NCBI GenBank assembly: GCA_026393865.1
Contig: JAPKZI010000010.1
Coordinates: forward strand, 1,078-65,077
Direction of reading: 5' to 3'
DNA from: Candidatus Aminicenantes bacterium
GTDB taxonomy: Bacteria; Acidobacteriota; Aminicenantia; Aminicenantales; UBA4085
Length of the DNA stretch: 64,000 bases
The notes below the pieces were generated by a model. It was not told the DNA's origin. It searched no databases and saw nothing but the letters and a program-made list of their open reading frames with translations. Below are positions 18,371 through 26,937 of the stretch, in pieces (within the stretch, counting starts at the first letter, position 1; each line of letters begins with the position of its first letter). A program made the translations under genes and the position numbers.

Positions 18371-21085
18371 TTATTTAGCAGGAGCGGCCGTTCTTGTCCA
18401 ATCCCAACTCGATATGCCGCGGCCGTTGACCGCCTTGACCGCGACGGCCAGCTTTTCGCCCTTCTTCAACGAGAAACCCGTCAGCCTGGCTTTGGGCTCG
18501 CCGACCGTGAGGCCGGCGGCGGCGGGGTTGGACTCCGGACCGTATTCCACGAGATAGGAAACGATCCCTTTTTCCGGGCTCGGCGCCCAGGCGACCTCGA
18601 CGGAATCGTTCTTCAGGCCGGCCAACTTGAGATCCTTGACCGGGGCCGGACTTGACGCGATCATTATGATCGCGGCGGTATTGTACTTGGTTGCTTCGAC
18701 GAGGAGTTGATGATTGACGGTTTCGAGCAGGTCGGTCGGCTGGTGGTAATAAGGATTGCCGAGGACGGGGTAGGAGCCGAGTCCGCTGACGATGTCGCCG
18801 TAGGCCTCATAGAACGACGCCCCGTCCGTGGATCTCACATAGCGGGCGTCATAGGTGATCATTTTGGAGAAGAGGAATGCCGCGGCATGCTGGATATCGC
18901 GGAGCCCGTAGCTGGCGAAGCGGATCGTGTCGTCGAGTCTATGGTCGTTCGTCCAGCCGATCATGTCGTTGTTGATGTCGGCGGCGATGCGCCAGCCTTT
19001 CTCCTTGGCCGCGCGAACGAACTCTCGGCTGCCGAGCAATCCCGCTTCCTCTCCCGTGAAAAAAGCGAAGACGATCGTGGACGACTGCGGCGACTTCGCC
19101 AGCAGGCGGGCCGTCTCCAGGTTGACCGCGGTCACCGAGGTGTTGTCGTCGGCCCCGGGGCTCCGCTGATTGGAGTCGAAATGGCCGCTGAGGACATAGA
19201 GCATGTCGGGATTTTCCGTCCCCGTCAGACGGGCCAGGACGTTGGCCGTCTTCGTTCCCCGGGATTCGAACTCCTGGTATTGCGGGTCGTAGCCGAACGA
19301 TTTGAGCTGATTGAAGATATATTCGGCCGCTTTCTTATTTCCCGGCTGGGTGATATATTTGGAATCGAAGCTGAACAAGGCGTCTTCGTGATCGTAGATC
19401 TTGGTGATCGAAACTCCGTCCACGGCCGCCTGCACGGCGCTCCGGATAGGGGCGAATGTCTTTTCGCCCCAGGCGCGGAGGGCCTTCTCCGCGGCCAGGT
19501 TCCGGCCGAGGCGGGCGAGCAGATCGTCCATGGAGATCTTGCGGGTCAGGTCCACAAGAAAAATCCCCCGCTTGCCAGAAATGGTGTCGCCGTCGCGCTC
19601 GGCCCCGACGAGGAGGCGCGTTCCGGAGGGGTCGGCGACCCATTCGTATTCGGGGGAGATCGTCCGGATGGTGTTGTTATGAAAGAGCTGGATATTGTTG
19701 AGCGTTTTCAGGTCGTAAAGGTAAGCCCGGCTGTGGCGGGGTTCGCCTTTGATGGCGATGACCTGGGTCATGGTCAGGAAGCGGGGAGCGCGGTCGGGCT
19801 GGATCTCGCGGCTGAGGCGGACTTCGCTTTTCCCGTCGCTTTGAATGTAAAAGATCTCGCCGTTGCGCGTATAAATCATCTCGAAGACGATGCCTGAGCC
19901 ATCGGGGGCGATGGCCGCTGAACCGATCCGGTCGCTCGATTTTTTGAGGACGACGGGAGCGAGCGCTCCTTCGAGCTTGAGATGGTTCAGGGTCGAGTCC
20001 GCGCCGTCCTGCCCGACAAAGACAAGCGCCGCTCCGTCTGCGGCGAAGGAAGGCGCCGAGCCGGCGAAAGATTTTATCTTTCCGTCGGCCAGGTTCAACA
20101 CGATGAACTGACGCTGCCCGCCGCCGCGGAACTGGCCGGCGGCCGGCGGCTGCCCGCCTCTCTGCCCCTGGCCCTGGGCGGCGGGCGCGACCTGTCCTTG
20201 AGGCGGATTGGCGCCCGCCTTGGCCGCGGGTTCAGGAGGCGCCGGTCTCGGGAAAGGGGTGGCCGCGGCGGGGGTATAAACGAGGTATTTCCCACCGGGG
20301 ACGGCGATGGGATTCGTCTTATATCCGGCGCCTGACGTCAACGGTCTGACCGTCCCGGCCGGCGAAACGGAATAGATCTCGTTCGAGGCCGTGTCCGCCT
20401 CCTTCGCCCCGACGAAATAGATCTCCTTTCCATCGGCGCTCCAAGCGAGCGTGGATTTGAGCCATCCCTCGGCCTTGACGGGCTTTTCCTTCTTTGCCGC
20501 GATGTCGTAAAGGATGAGCGCGGAGTTCTTGGCTTCGAGCCACGTCAGCTGCCGTTGTTTGGCCGTTTGAGCCTGCCGGTCCGGGGTCGGCTGAGCGGCA
20601 AGAGCCTTGATCTCCTTGCGCAGGGCGGCCAACTCGGGTGTTTCCGCCGCGCGGAGAAAGACGGCGGCGTTCGGGACGGGAGAGAAGACGAAATTGGCCC
20701 CGTGGACATCGGCCCAGGTTTTGGCGGGATTGTCCAGGGCGACGATCCGGGTCAGGGGAGCGTCGCGGGTCCCCGCGTCATAGGCGGCGTACTTGCCGTC
20801 CGGGCTGAGACGGATCGCCCGGCCGTCCTTGGTGATTTCCGTGACCTGGAACAATTCCCCGGTGAGCAGGGCGATGGGCTCGAAGAACCGGCCTCCGTCC
20901 GGGCTTTTCAGGATGGACTGGAACTCTTCGAGCGCCCGGACGAAATCGCCGGTGTCCCAGGCCAATCGGGCCGCGTCATAGCGGTCCGCGAGCTTGTCCT
21001 GTGGATTGGAAAAAGTGAAAATCGCCGCAACGCAAAACAAGAATATCGGCAGAATTCTACGATATTTGTTATTATGGTGGCTCAT
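18371..21085 (-). CDS. Secreted multidomain peptidase: TolB-like beta-propeller, M28 aminopeptidase domain, C-terminal fibronectin-III domain
   Basis: N-terminal signal. WD40/TolB-like repeats. M28 motifs (SGHFDS..., FFTGEEAGLLGS). FN3-like C-terminus. Pro/Gln/Gly-rich linker. Confidence 0.7.
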   Translation of the reverse strand: MSHHNNKYRRILPIFLFCVAAIFTFSNPQDKLADRYDAARLAWDTGDFVRALEEFQSILKSPDGGRFFEPIALLTGELFQVTEITKDGRAIRLSPDGKYAAYDAGTRDAPLTRIVALDNPAKTWADVHGANFVFSPVPNAAVFLRAAETPELAALRKEIKALAAQPTPDRQAQTAKQRQLTWLEAKNSALILYDIAAKKEKPVKAEGWLKSTLAWSADGKEIYFVGAKEADTASNEIYSVSPAGTVRPLTSGAGYKTNPIAVPGGKYLVYTPAAATPFPRPAPPEPAAKAGANPPQGQVAPAAQGQGQRGGQPPAAGQFRGGGQRQFIVLNLADGKIKSFAGSAPSFAADGAALVFVGQDGADSTLNHLKLEGALAPVVLKKSSDRIGSAAIAPDGSGIVFEMIYTRNGEIFYIQSDGKSEVRLSREIQPDRAPRFLTMTQVIAIKGEPRHSRAYLYDLKTLNNIQLFHNNTIRTISPEYEWVADPSGTRLLVGAERDGDTISGKRGIFLVDLTRKISMDDLLARLGRNLAAEKALRAWGEKTFAPIRSAVQAAVDGVSITKIYDHEDALFSFDSKYITQPGNKKAAEYIFNQLKSFGYDPQYQEFESRGTKTANVLARLTGTENPDMLYVLSGHFDSNQRSPGADDNTSVTAVNLETARLLAKSPQSSTIVFAFFTGEEAGLLGSREFVRAAKEKGWRIAADINNDMIGWTNDHRLDDTIRFASYGLRDIQHAAAFLFSKMITYDARYVRSTDGASFYEAYGDIVSGLGSYPVLGNPYYHQPTDLLETVNHQLLVEATKYNTAAIIMIASSPAPVKDLKLAGLKNDSVEVAWAPSPEKGIVSYLVEYGPESNPAAAGLTVGEPKARLTGFSLKKGEKLAVAVKAVNGRGISSWDWTRTAAPAK

Positions 21086-21123
21086 GTTGCGGGTATATAT
21101 ACCAAGCTTCCCGCGTAGTCAAA

Positions 21124-21154
21124 TGGGGGGAACCGACGGGACTGGTTCCCCAGG
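21124..21154. repeat. 31-nt GC-rich hairpin element GGGGGGAACCGACGGGACTGGTTCCCCAGGG, copy 1
   Basis: Exact reverse-complement copy at 45700-45730. Stem GGGGAACC/GGTTCCCC with a 9-nt loop. Lies between two minus-strand genes. Confidence 0.8.
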
Positions 21155-21192
21155 GAGCCGGGGCTGACCCGGCTGTGAGCTTCTTCCCTCTT

Positions 21193-22344
21193 CTATTTCT
21201 TCAGCAGGATCTCTTCAAAAAGCTTGAGCGCCGCCGGGTCGCCGCTCTGGCCCAACCAGAAGAGGGCCCGCTTCCGGACGGACGGATATTTGTTCGTTTT
21301 GGCGATGTCGATCAACATCGGTACGGAGCGGTCTTTGGGCAGCTGACTGATGGCGAAAATCGCCTGTTCTTTCAATGAATCTTCTTCGCTTGCGGTCTCG
21401 ACGATGTCTTTGAGCGCTTTGACGCTCTCAGCGGAGGCCTTCTGCCCCAGCCAGAAAACGGCCTGTTTTCTCGCTTCCTGACTGGCGTCCTGTTTAGCGA
21501 TCCGGATCAGTTCCTCGACGGCTTCCTTCTGTTTGCTCAGCTGGATCGCGAAGATGATCTGCTTCTTGACGGAAACGCTCTTTTCCTTGCCGTAGATCTC
21601 CTTGAGGTCGGCCAGACTCCGCGAATCTCCATAATTCCCCAGCCAGAAAATGGCCGTTTCCCGGACCTTGTCGCCGGATGGCCCGAGGGCGGCTTTTTTC
21701 AAGAAGACATAGGCCTGGGGCCCTTGATGGCAGGAAGCGGCGAAGAGGATGCTTTTTTGGGCCTGAGAGCGGTCCTTGGCCGAATCGAAGGACTTCTCCA
21801 GAATCGAAACGCTCTCCGCGTTCTCCGCCCGGCCGAGCCAGAAGACGGGCGCATCGGAGAAGTCGTAAGTCTGGTCCATGTCGAGCACGGTCACGTCGAG
21901 GACCTCGCCGTTTTCGGTCTGGTCATGAAGGAAGAGGAGGGCGGCCGGCGAGGGCATGTCCTCGGTCTCGGTCCCGACCTGGTTCTTGCCGCGGCCCTTG
22001 TCTTCGATCCTGATCCGGGATTCCTTGGTATTTACGACATAGCCCTCGGGGGGGCTGTCCGTGCTCCTTCTGTGGATCTTGTGCCGGCTCACGAACTCAT
22101 AGGCCGTGAAGTAGGTTTTAGCCCCGCCGGTTTTCCGGAATTCCGTCCCGGCCGAGGCGACCTTCTTCTCGAGCGAAAGGTTCGACCCGCTCAGATCGAT
22201 GACCTTCCCGGTCAGGAAGGAGGGCTTTTCTCCCGCCGAAAGAAATGCGGCCGAAAAGATGAGAAGGAGGAGCGCCGTAAAAAGCGCTCCTCCGGTTATC
22301 CGGTTCATCTTATGCGCGCGCATGGGTCCGCTCCGATCTCTCAT
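21193..22344 (-). CDS. Secreted HEAT-repeat (PBS-lyase-like) protein
   Basis: Signal peptide. Repeated (A/I)(I/V)FWLG(N/Q) ... units. Paralogous to the upstream gene. Confidence 0.7.
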   Translation of the reverse strand: MRDRSGPMRAHKMNRITGGALFTALLLLIFSAAFLSAGEKPSFLTGKVIDLSGSNLSLEKKVASAGTEFRKTGGAKTYFTAYEFVSRHKIHRRSTDSPPEGYVVNTKESRIRIEDKGRGKNQVGTETEDMPSPAALLFLHDQTENGEVLDVTVLDMDQTYDFSDAPVFWLGRAENAESVSILEKSFDSAKDRSQAQKSILFAASCHQGPQAYVFLKKAALGPSGDKVRETAIFWLGNYGDSRSLADLKEIYGKEKSVSVKKQIIFAIQLSKQKEAVEELIRIAKQDASQEARKQAVFWLGQKASAESVKALKDIVETASEEDSLKEQAIFAISQLPKDRSVPMLIDIAKTNKYPSVRKRALFWLGQSGDPAALKLFEEILLKK

Positions 22345-23513
22345 TTCTCGATGATCTCCTTGAGGAACTTCATGGCTTCCTCGCTTTTGGACTGGCCGAG
22401 CCAGAAGATGATCTGTTTTTTGACGGCGAGGTCCTTTTCTTTGCGGGCCAGCTCGATCATGGTCTGGACGGCCTTGGGGCTCTTGTTCTGGGACAGGGAG
22501 AAGATGACCTGTTGTTTGAGCGAGGCGTTGTCCGTTTTGCTGTAAATATCCAAGAGAAGAGGCATGATCTCATCGCTCTTTTTCTGGGCCAGCCAGAACA
22601 CGGCCCGTTCGCGGGCCTTGATGTCTTTGTCGTTCTTGGCGATGTCCATGATCTTCGCCTGGGCCTTCGCGCTCTTGCTCTGGCCGAAAGCCATGATCAA
22701 GTTCTCCTTAACCTTCATGTCCTCGGATGTGTCATAGACCTTGACCAAGGTGCCGAGGCTCTCCTCGTCATGGCGCTGCCCCAGCCAGAAAACGGCCATC
22801 TGCCGGATCTTCGGCGAAGCGTCCTTGGTCGCCAGTTCGGCGAGGATGGGGACGACTTTCGGGTCCTTGGACTGGCTCAGGACAAAAAGGGCTTTTTCCT
22901 TGAGCTCGGGCTTTTGTTGCTCACGGAGCATTTTTTCTAGGATGGGGAAGGCCTTCTCCTTGTCCATTTGGAGAAGCGCGTCGAGGGCGACGAGTTTCAG
23001 TTCCGTTTCGGGATCGATCGGCTTCTTCGGCGCTTCCCCGGCGTTTTTCTTTAAGTCTTGAAGGGCTTCCAAGTTCAACTCGAGCGCGTTGTTGATATAT
23101 CGGCTGTACTCGTTCAGGCCGCTTTGGGCCAGCTTCTCGGCGATTTGCAGACGGAGCATCTTGGCGTCCTGGGCCCAAGCGTTTTCGGGAAGCTTTTCCA
23201 ACAGGAGATTCAGCCGTGCGATGGCTTCTTTTTTCTTTTCGAGCTGGTTCTGGGCGTTATCCAGGGAGTCGGAGTACTTGTCCAGGCTATAGCCGAGCCA
23301 ATAGAGGGCCTCTCCGTAGTAATCGCTCTTGTTGTATTGCAGCTCTAGCTTCTGGAACGCCTCGACGGCCGCTTTCCAATCCTTAATAACGATGGCTATT
23401 TTGGCCTTCTCATAAGCTTCCTTGGCCTTTTCGGCCTGGGTCTGGGCCGAAGCGAAGCTCGAGAAGAGCACCCCGAGGGCGAGAAGGACGGCGATCATTT
23501 TTACGGTTTTCAT
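22341..23513 (-). CDS. Secreted HEAT-repeat (PBS-lyase-like) protein
   Basis: Signal peptide MKTVKMIAVLLALGVLFSSFASAQ. About 8 HEAT-like repeats containing the FWLGQ motif. 4-nt ATGA overlap with the downstream paralogue. Confidence 0.7.
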   Translation of the reverse strand: MKTVKMIAVLLALGVLFSSFASAQTQAEKAKEAYEKAKIAIVIKDWKAAVEAFQKLELQYNKSDYYGEALYWLGYSLDKYSDSLDNAQNQLEKKKEAIARLNLLLEKLPENAWAQDAKMLRLQIAEKLAQSGLNEYSRYINNALELNLEALQDLKKNAGEAPKKPIDPETELKLVALDALLQMDKEKAFPILEKMLREQQKPELKEKALFVLSQSKDPKVVPILAELATKDASPKIRQMAVFWLGQRHDEESLGTLVKVYDTSEDMKVKENLIMAFGQSKSAKAQAKIMDIAKNDKDIKARERAVFWLAQKKSDEIMPLLLDIYSKTDNASLKQQVIFSLSQNKSPKAVQTMIELARKEKDLAVKKQIIFWLGQSKSEEAMKFLKEIIEK

Positions 23514-23524
23514 CGGTTTTCCTC

Positions 23525-24253
23525 CTAAAGATTTTTCATGATTTCCATTTTAAATAGAACGCCCCGCTGTTCGATCAGGTCCCTGATCCGGGCCGGGGCT
23601 TGAGAGTTCTGCGTTCCGCGGTTCGTGATTTCCTTGAGGATGAGGTCGAGGTCGTCGAGCAGGTCCGCGGCCGCCGGATCCTTTTCGACCAGTTTCCGTT
23701 TCAAAAGGATGTTCTGAAGGATTAGCCCGCGCAGAACCTCTTCGTCGACGGAGATCTTTCGTCCGCTCTTTTCTCCCGGGACATAGTGGGCGTAATCGAG
23801 AAGGATCGGCTTGAGGTCTTCGAGGTGTGCGGCGAAGGCCGGCCGGATCCCGTTCGGAGCAGGCGCGACAACCGCGGCCGAAACGGCGATCGGTTCGGGC
23901 GAGGGGGAGAGGGCGTACCTCCCGATGAAAATGCCGGCGACGAGGACGAGGACGAGGCCCGTTCCGGCGAAGGCCCAGCGCCATCCGGAGGCGCGTTCCG
24001 GCCGGCGGCGGGCCGGCAGGCCCGCGATCCCTGCCTGGACCCGATCCCAGGTTCTGTCCCAATCCGTCGAAGGCACGGCGGCGGGCTCAACCTCGTCCAG
24101 GACGGCGAAGACCTTTTTCGTCAGGGCGGACTCGCCGGAGCAGTCTCGACACTGTTCCAAATGGCTGTGGAGCCGGGCCTTTTCAGACTCCTCCAGTTCG
24201 CCGTAGAGCTCTAGAATGATGAGGTTTTTCGCTTCTTTACACTTCATAGCCAT
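23525..24253 (-). CDS. Membrane-anchored anti-sigma factor with a zinc-binding ZAS motif
   Basis: H-x3-C-x2-C (HLEQCRDC) near the N-terminus. Single TM helix (FAGTGLVLVLVAGIFIG). Overlaps the ECF sigma gene. Confidence 0.7.
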   Translation of the reverse strand: MAMKCKEAKNLIILELYGELEESEKARLHSHLEQCRDCSGESALTKKVFAVLDEVEPAAVPSTDWDRTWDRVQAGIAGLPARRRPERASGWRWAFAGTGLVLVLVAGIFIGRYALSPSPEPIAVSAAVVAPAPNGIRPAFAAHLEDLKPILLDYAHYVPGEKSGRKISVDEEVLRGLILQNILLKRKLVEKDPAAADLLDDLDLILKEITNRGTQNSQAPARIRDLIEQRGVLFKMEIMKNL

Positions 24254-24812
24254 CCTCCGTGACGAACCGCCGGAGCCGCTTTTTCAGCGACTCGACGGCT
24301 CGGAAGAGATGTTTTTTGACGCTGCCTTCGGTCGAATCCAGGGATTCCGCGATCTCCCGGATGCTGAAGTCCTGGTAATGGCGCAGGGTGAAGACCATCC
24401 GCTGCCTGGGCGGCAGATTGCTAAGAGCCCGGTCGACGTGTTCGCGGATCTCCTTGTTGCGCGTCGAAATCTCGGGATCGGACGAGTGCGACGGGGCGGG
24501 CATATTGGCCACCTCCTCGGGCTCGAGCGGTTGAAGGTTCTTCCCCCGGTTCTTCCGAAGGGCGTCGATGCTGGCATTGACGCAGATCTTGGTGAGCCAG
24601 GCGGAGAAGTTGAGGCCTTTATCCGGCCTGTAGAGCGACAGGGCATGATAGGCTTTGATGAATGTGTCCTGCAGGACATCCTCGGCATCCGCCTGGTTGC
24701 GGAGATAGCGATAGGCCAGGGAAAAAACCCGCTGCCTGTGCCCGTCGAAAATGACCCGGAAAGCGGCCCTGTCGCCTTCTTGGGCCAGTCGGATGCATGC
24801 CTGTTCGTCCAT
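24237..24812 (-). CDS. ECF-family RNA polymerase sigma factor
   Basis: Sigma-70 region 2 (DAEDVLQDTFIKAY) and region 4 (RQRMVFTLRHYQDFSIREIAESL). Start taken at the internal Met MDEQ; the track's upstream extension is rejected. Confidence 0.85.
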   Translation of the reverse strand: MDEQACIRLAQEGDRAAFRVIFDGHRQRVFSLAYRYLRNQADAEDVLQDTFIKAYHALSLYRPDKGLNFSAWLTKICVNASIDALRKNRGKNLQPLEPEEVANMPAPSHSSDPEISTRNKEIREHVDRALSNLPPRQRMVFTLRHYQDFSIREIAESLDSTEGSVKKHLFRAVESLKKRLRRFVTEDGYEV

Positions 24813-24871
24813 GGTCGTATCTATACAAAAGAACGGATCGGCCGGCGCTTTCGTTGACAGCAATTTTATCA

Positions 24872-24971
24872 AATAAAGGGGGACGACGCATCCTGTCCCC
24901 ATTTATTGGGCCGCACAAGACGATTTTTTCTTAAAGGGAAAGGGGGACAGGATGCGTCGTCCCCCTTTATT
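24872..24971. repeat. Perfect 29-bp inverted repeat (arms 24872-24900 and 24943-24971, 42-nt spacer) in a divergent promoter region
   Basis: AATAAAGGGGGACGACGCATCCTGTCCCC pairs exactly with GGGGACAGGATGCGTCGTCCCCCTTTATT. Each arm is itself a GGGGAC/GTCCCC hairpin. Centred between the sigma start (24812) and the oxidase start (25032). Confidence 0.85.
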
Positions 24972-25031
24972 GTTGTGAATCCTGTCTACTTGTGTCCCCC
25001 TTTGCTTTTGTGGTAATAGTGGACGGTGGCC

Positions 25032-26444
25032 ATGAAGACCCTGACCTCCAAAATCCGGGAGGACCTCATCAGCATCGTCGGGCGGGAGAACGCCGTCGTC
25101 GATCCCGAGCGGATGGGGGATTACAGCCACGATGAATTTTCGCTCGGCGACATCAGCCGGATGCCTGAGCTCGTTCTGAAACCCAGATCCCCGCTCCAGG
25201 TGGCCGCGATCCTCGAGATCGCCGGCCGCCGGAAGATCCCCGTGACTCCGCGCGGAGGGGCGACGGGCCTGTGCGGAGGATGCGTTCCCTCCCCCGGCGG
25301 CGTTGTCCTGTCCGTCGAGAACATGAACCGGGTTCTCGAGATCGACGCCGACAACCAGATGGCCTGGGTCGAAGCCGGCGTGACTCTCCGCGGGCTCGAA
25401 CAGGCGGTCGATGAGGCGGGCTTTTATTTTCCCCCGCACCCGGGGGAAGAGAGCGCCATGATCGGCGGCATGATCGCGACCAACGCCGGCGGAAGCCGGG
25501 CCGTGAAATACGGCGTCCTCCGCAATTACATCCGCGGCCTCGAGGTCGTGACGCCGCAGGGCGATATCCTGACCCTCGGCGGCAAGCTCATCAAGAGCAG
25601 CACCGGCTACAGTTTGCTCCATCTGATGATCGGCTCGGAAGGGACGCTCGGCGTCATCACCAAGGCCGTCGTCCAATTTCTGACCCGGCCGGCCGTCACC
25701 CGGTCGCTCGTCATCCCCTTCGAGAACCTGGACGCCGCCATCGAGACCGTGCCGCGGCTCCTCAAGAGGGTCATTCCCGTCGCCCTGGAGTTCATCCCTC
25801 TCGATGTCCTCCGCATCTCGGGGGAGCACCTCCACAAGACATGGCCTTGCGAGCGAGGGGAGACGCATCTCCTCGTCATCCTCGACGCGGCTGGCGAGGA
25901 GGAGATGGACCGCCTCTCCCAGACCGTGGCCGAGATCGCCCTGGAAAAAGGGGCTCTCGACGTTTTCATCGCGGATACGCCCAAGAAGCAGGACGATGTC
26001 CTGGCCATCCGGAGCAAGATTTATGAGGCGATCAAGCGGGATACGGTCGAGATCCTGGACGTCTGCGTCCCGCGCGCCGAGATCGCGGCGCACGTCAAAA
26101 AGGTCCGTGCCGTCGAGCAAAAGCACGGCCTCTGGCTGCCCACGTTCGGCCACGCCGGCGACGGGAACGTCCATACGCATATCATGAAGGCGCGCTTCGA
26201 GAAGGGCCGCGTCGTCCCGCTTCCCGAGGCCGAATGGCGGGAGAAGTTCGACGCGGTCCGCGAAGAGATCTACGACGACGGGAAGGCTCGGGGAGGCGTC
26301 ATCTCCGGCGAGCACGGGATCGGCCTGGTCAAGAAGAAATATCTGTCGCGGAGCCTGTCGCCCGAGCAGATCGAGCTCATGAGAGGCATCAAGCGGGCCT
26401 TCGATCCGGCCGGGATCTTGAATCCCGGCAAGATCTTTGATTAA
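25032..26444 (+). CDS. FAD-linked oxidase (GlcD / D-lactate dehydrogenase family)
   Basis: FAD-binding PCMH-type N-terminus (PRGGATGL, GGMIATNAGG) and C-terminal oxidase domain. The ATG at 25032 is preferred over the track's GTG at 25026. Confidence 0.8.
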   Translation: MKTLTSKIREDLISIVGRENAVVDPERMGDYSHDEFSLGDISRMPELVLKPRSPLQVAAILEIAGRRKIPVTPRGGATGLCGGCVPSPGGVVLSVENMNRVLEIDADNQMAWVEAGVTLRGLEQAVDEAGFYFPPHPGEESAMIGGMIATNAGGSRAVKYGVLRNYIRGLEVVTPQGDILTLGGKLIKSSTGYSLLHLMIGSEGTLGVITKAVVQFLTRPAVTRSLVIPFENLDAAIETVPRLLKRVIPVALEFIPLDVLRISGEHLHKTWPCERGETHLLVILDAAGEEEMDRLSQTVAEIALEKGALDVFIADTPKKQDDVLAIRSKIYEAIKRDTVEILDVCVPRAEIAAHVKKVRAVEQKHGLWLPTFGHAGDGNVHTHIMKARFEKGRVVPLPEAEWREKFDAVREEIYDDGKARGGVISGEHGIGLVKKKYLSRSLSPEQIELMRGIKRAFDPAGILNPGKIFD

Positions 26445-26450
26445 TTTGAT

Positions 26451-26492
26451 GGGGACACATACCGAATTTTCCTGAATTCGGTACGTGCCCCC
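26451..26492 (+). terminator. Near-palindromic hairpin immediately after the FAD-oxidase stop (no U-run)
   Basis: GGGGACACATACCGAATT-ttcctg-AATTCGGTACGTGCCCCC, 2 mismatches. Its GGGGACACA end mirrors TGTGTCCCC at 24991-25000 upstream of the same gene. Confidence 0.4.
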
Positions 26493-26516
26493 GTCTTGAA
26501 AGAGGAGGGATCGACC

Positions 26517-26903
26517 ATGGAACGCATCACCGAGATCTTCGTTCTGTTGGACAACAAGCCTTCGACGCTGGGCAATCTTTGCACTTACCTGGCCGAGGAG
26601 GAGATCAATATCGAATCCATCGGGGTCTTCCACGATATGGCCAAGATCTTCGTCAAAAACCTCAACAAGGCCGTCAAAGCCCTGTCCAAACGCGAGGAAT
26701 ACGCCAATCACGAACTGCGGGACGTGCTGCTCGTGGACCTCGAGAACAAGCCGGGAGCTCTGGCCGAGCTGACCTCGAAGTTGGGCGACGAGGGCATCAA
26801 CATCGAATACTGCTACGGAACGCTCAGCCGGAAAGGCGACAAGGTCTCGGTCGTCCTGGACGTGTCCAATATCGACCGGGCCGAACAGCTCTTGAAGAGC
26901 TGA
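26517..26903 (+). CDS. Tandem ACT-domain protein
   Basis: Two ACT-like beta-alpha-beta-beta-alpha-beta modules. RBS AGAGGAGG at 26501-26508. Start trimmed to MERITE. Confidence 0.6.
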   Translation: MERITEIFVLLDNKPSTLGNLCTYLAEEEINIESIGVFHDMAKIFVKNLNKAVKALSKREEYANHELRDVLLVDLENKPGALAELTSKLGDEGINIEYCYGTLSRKGDKVSVVLDVSNIDRAEQLLKS

Positions 26904-26937
26904 CCATGACCGCTGGAAAATCAAAGAGGAGGCGCGG

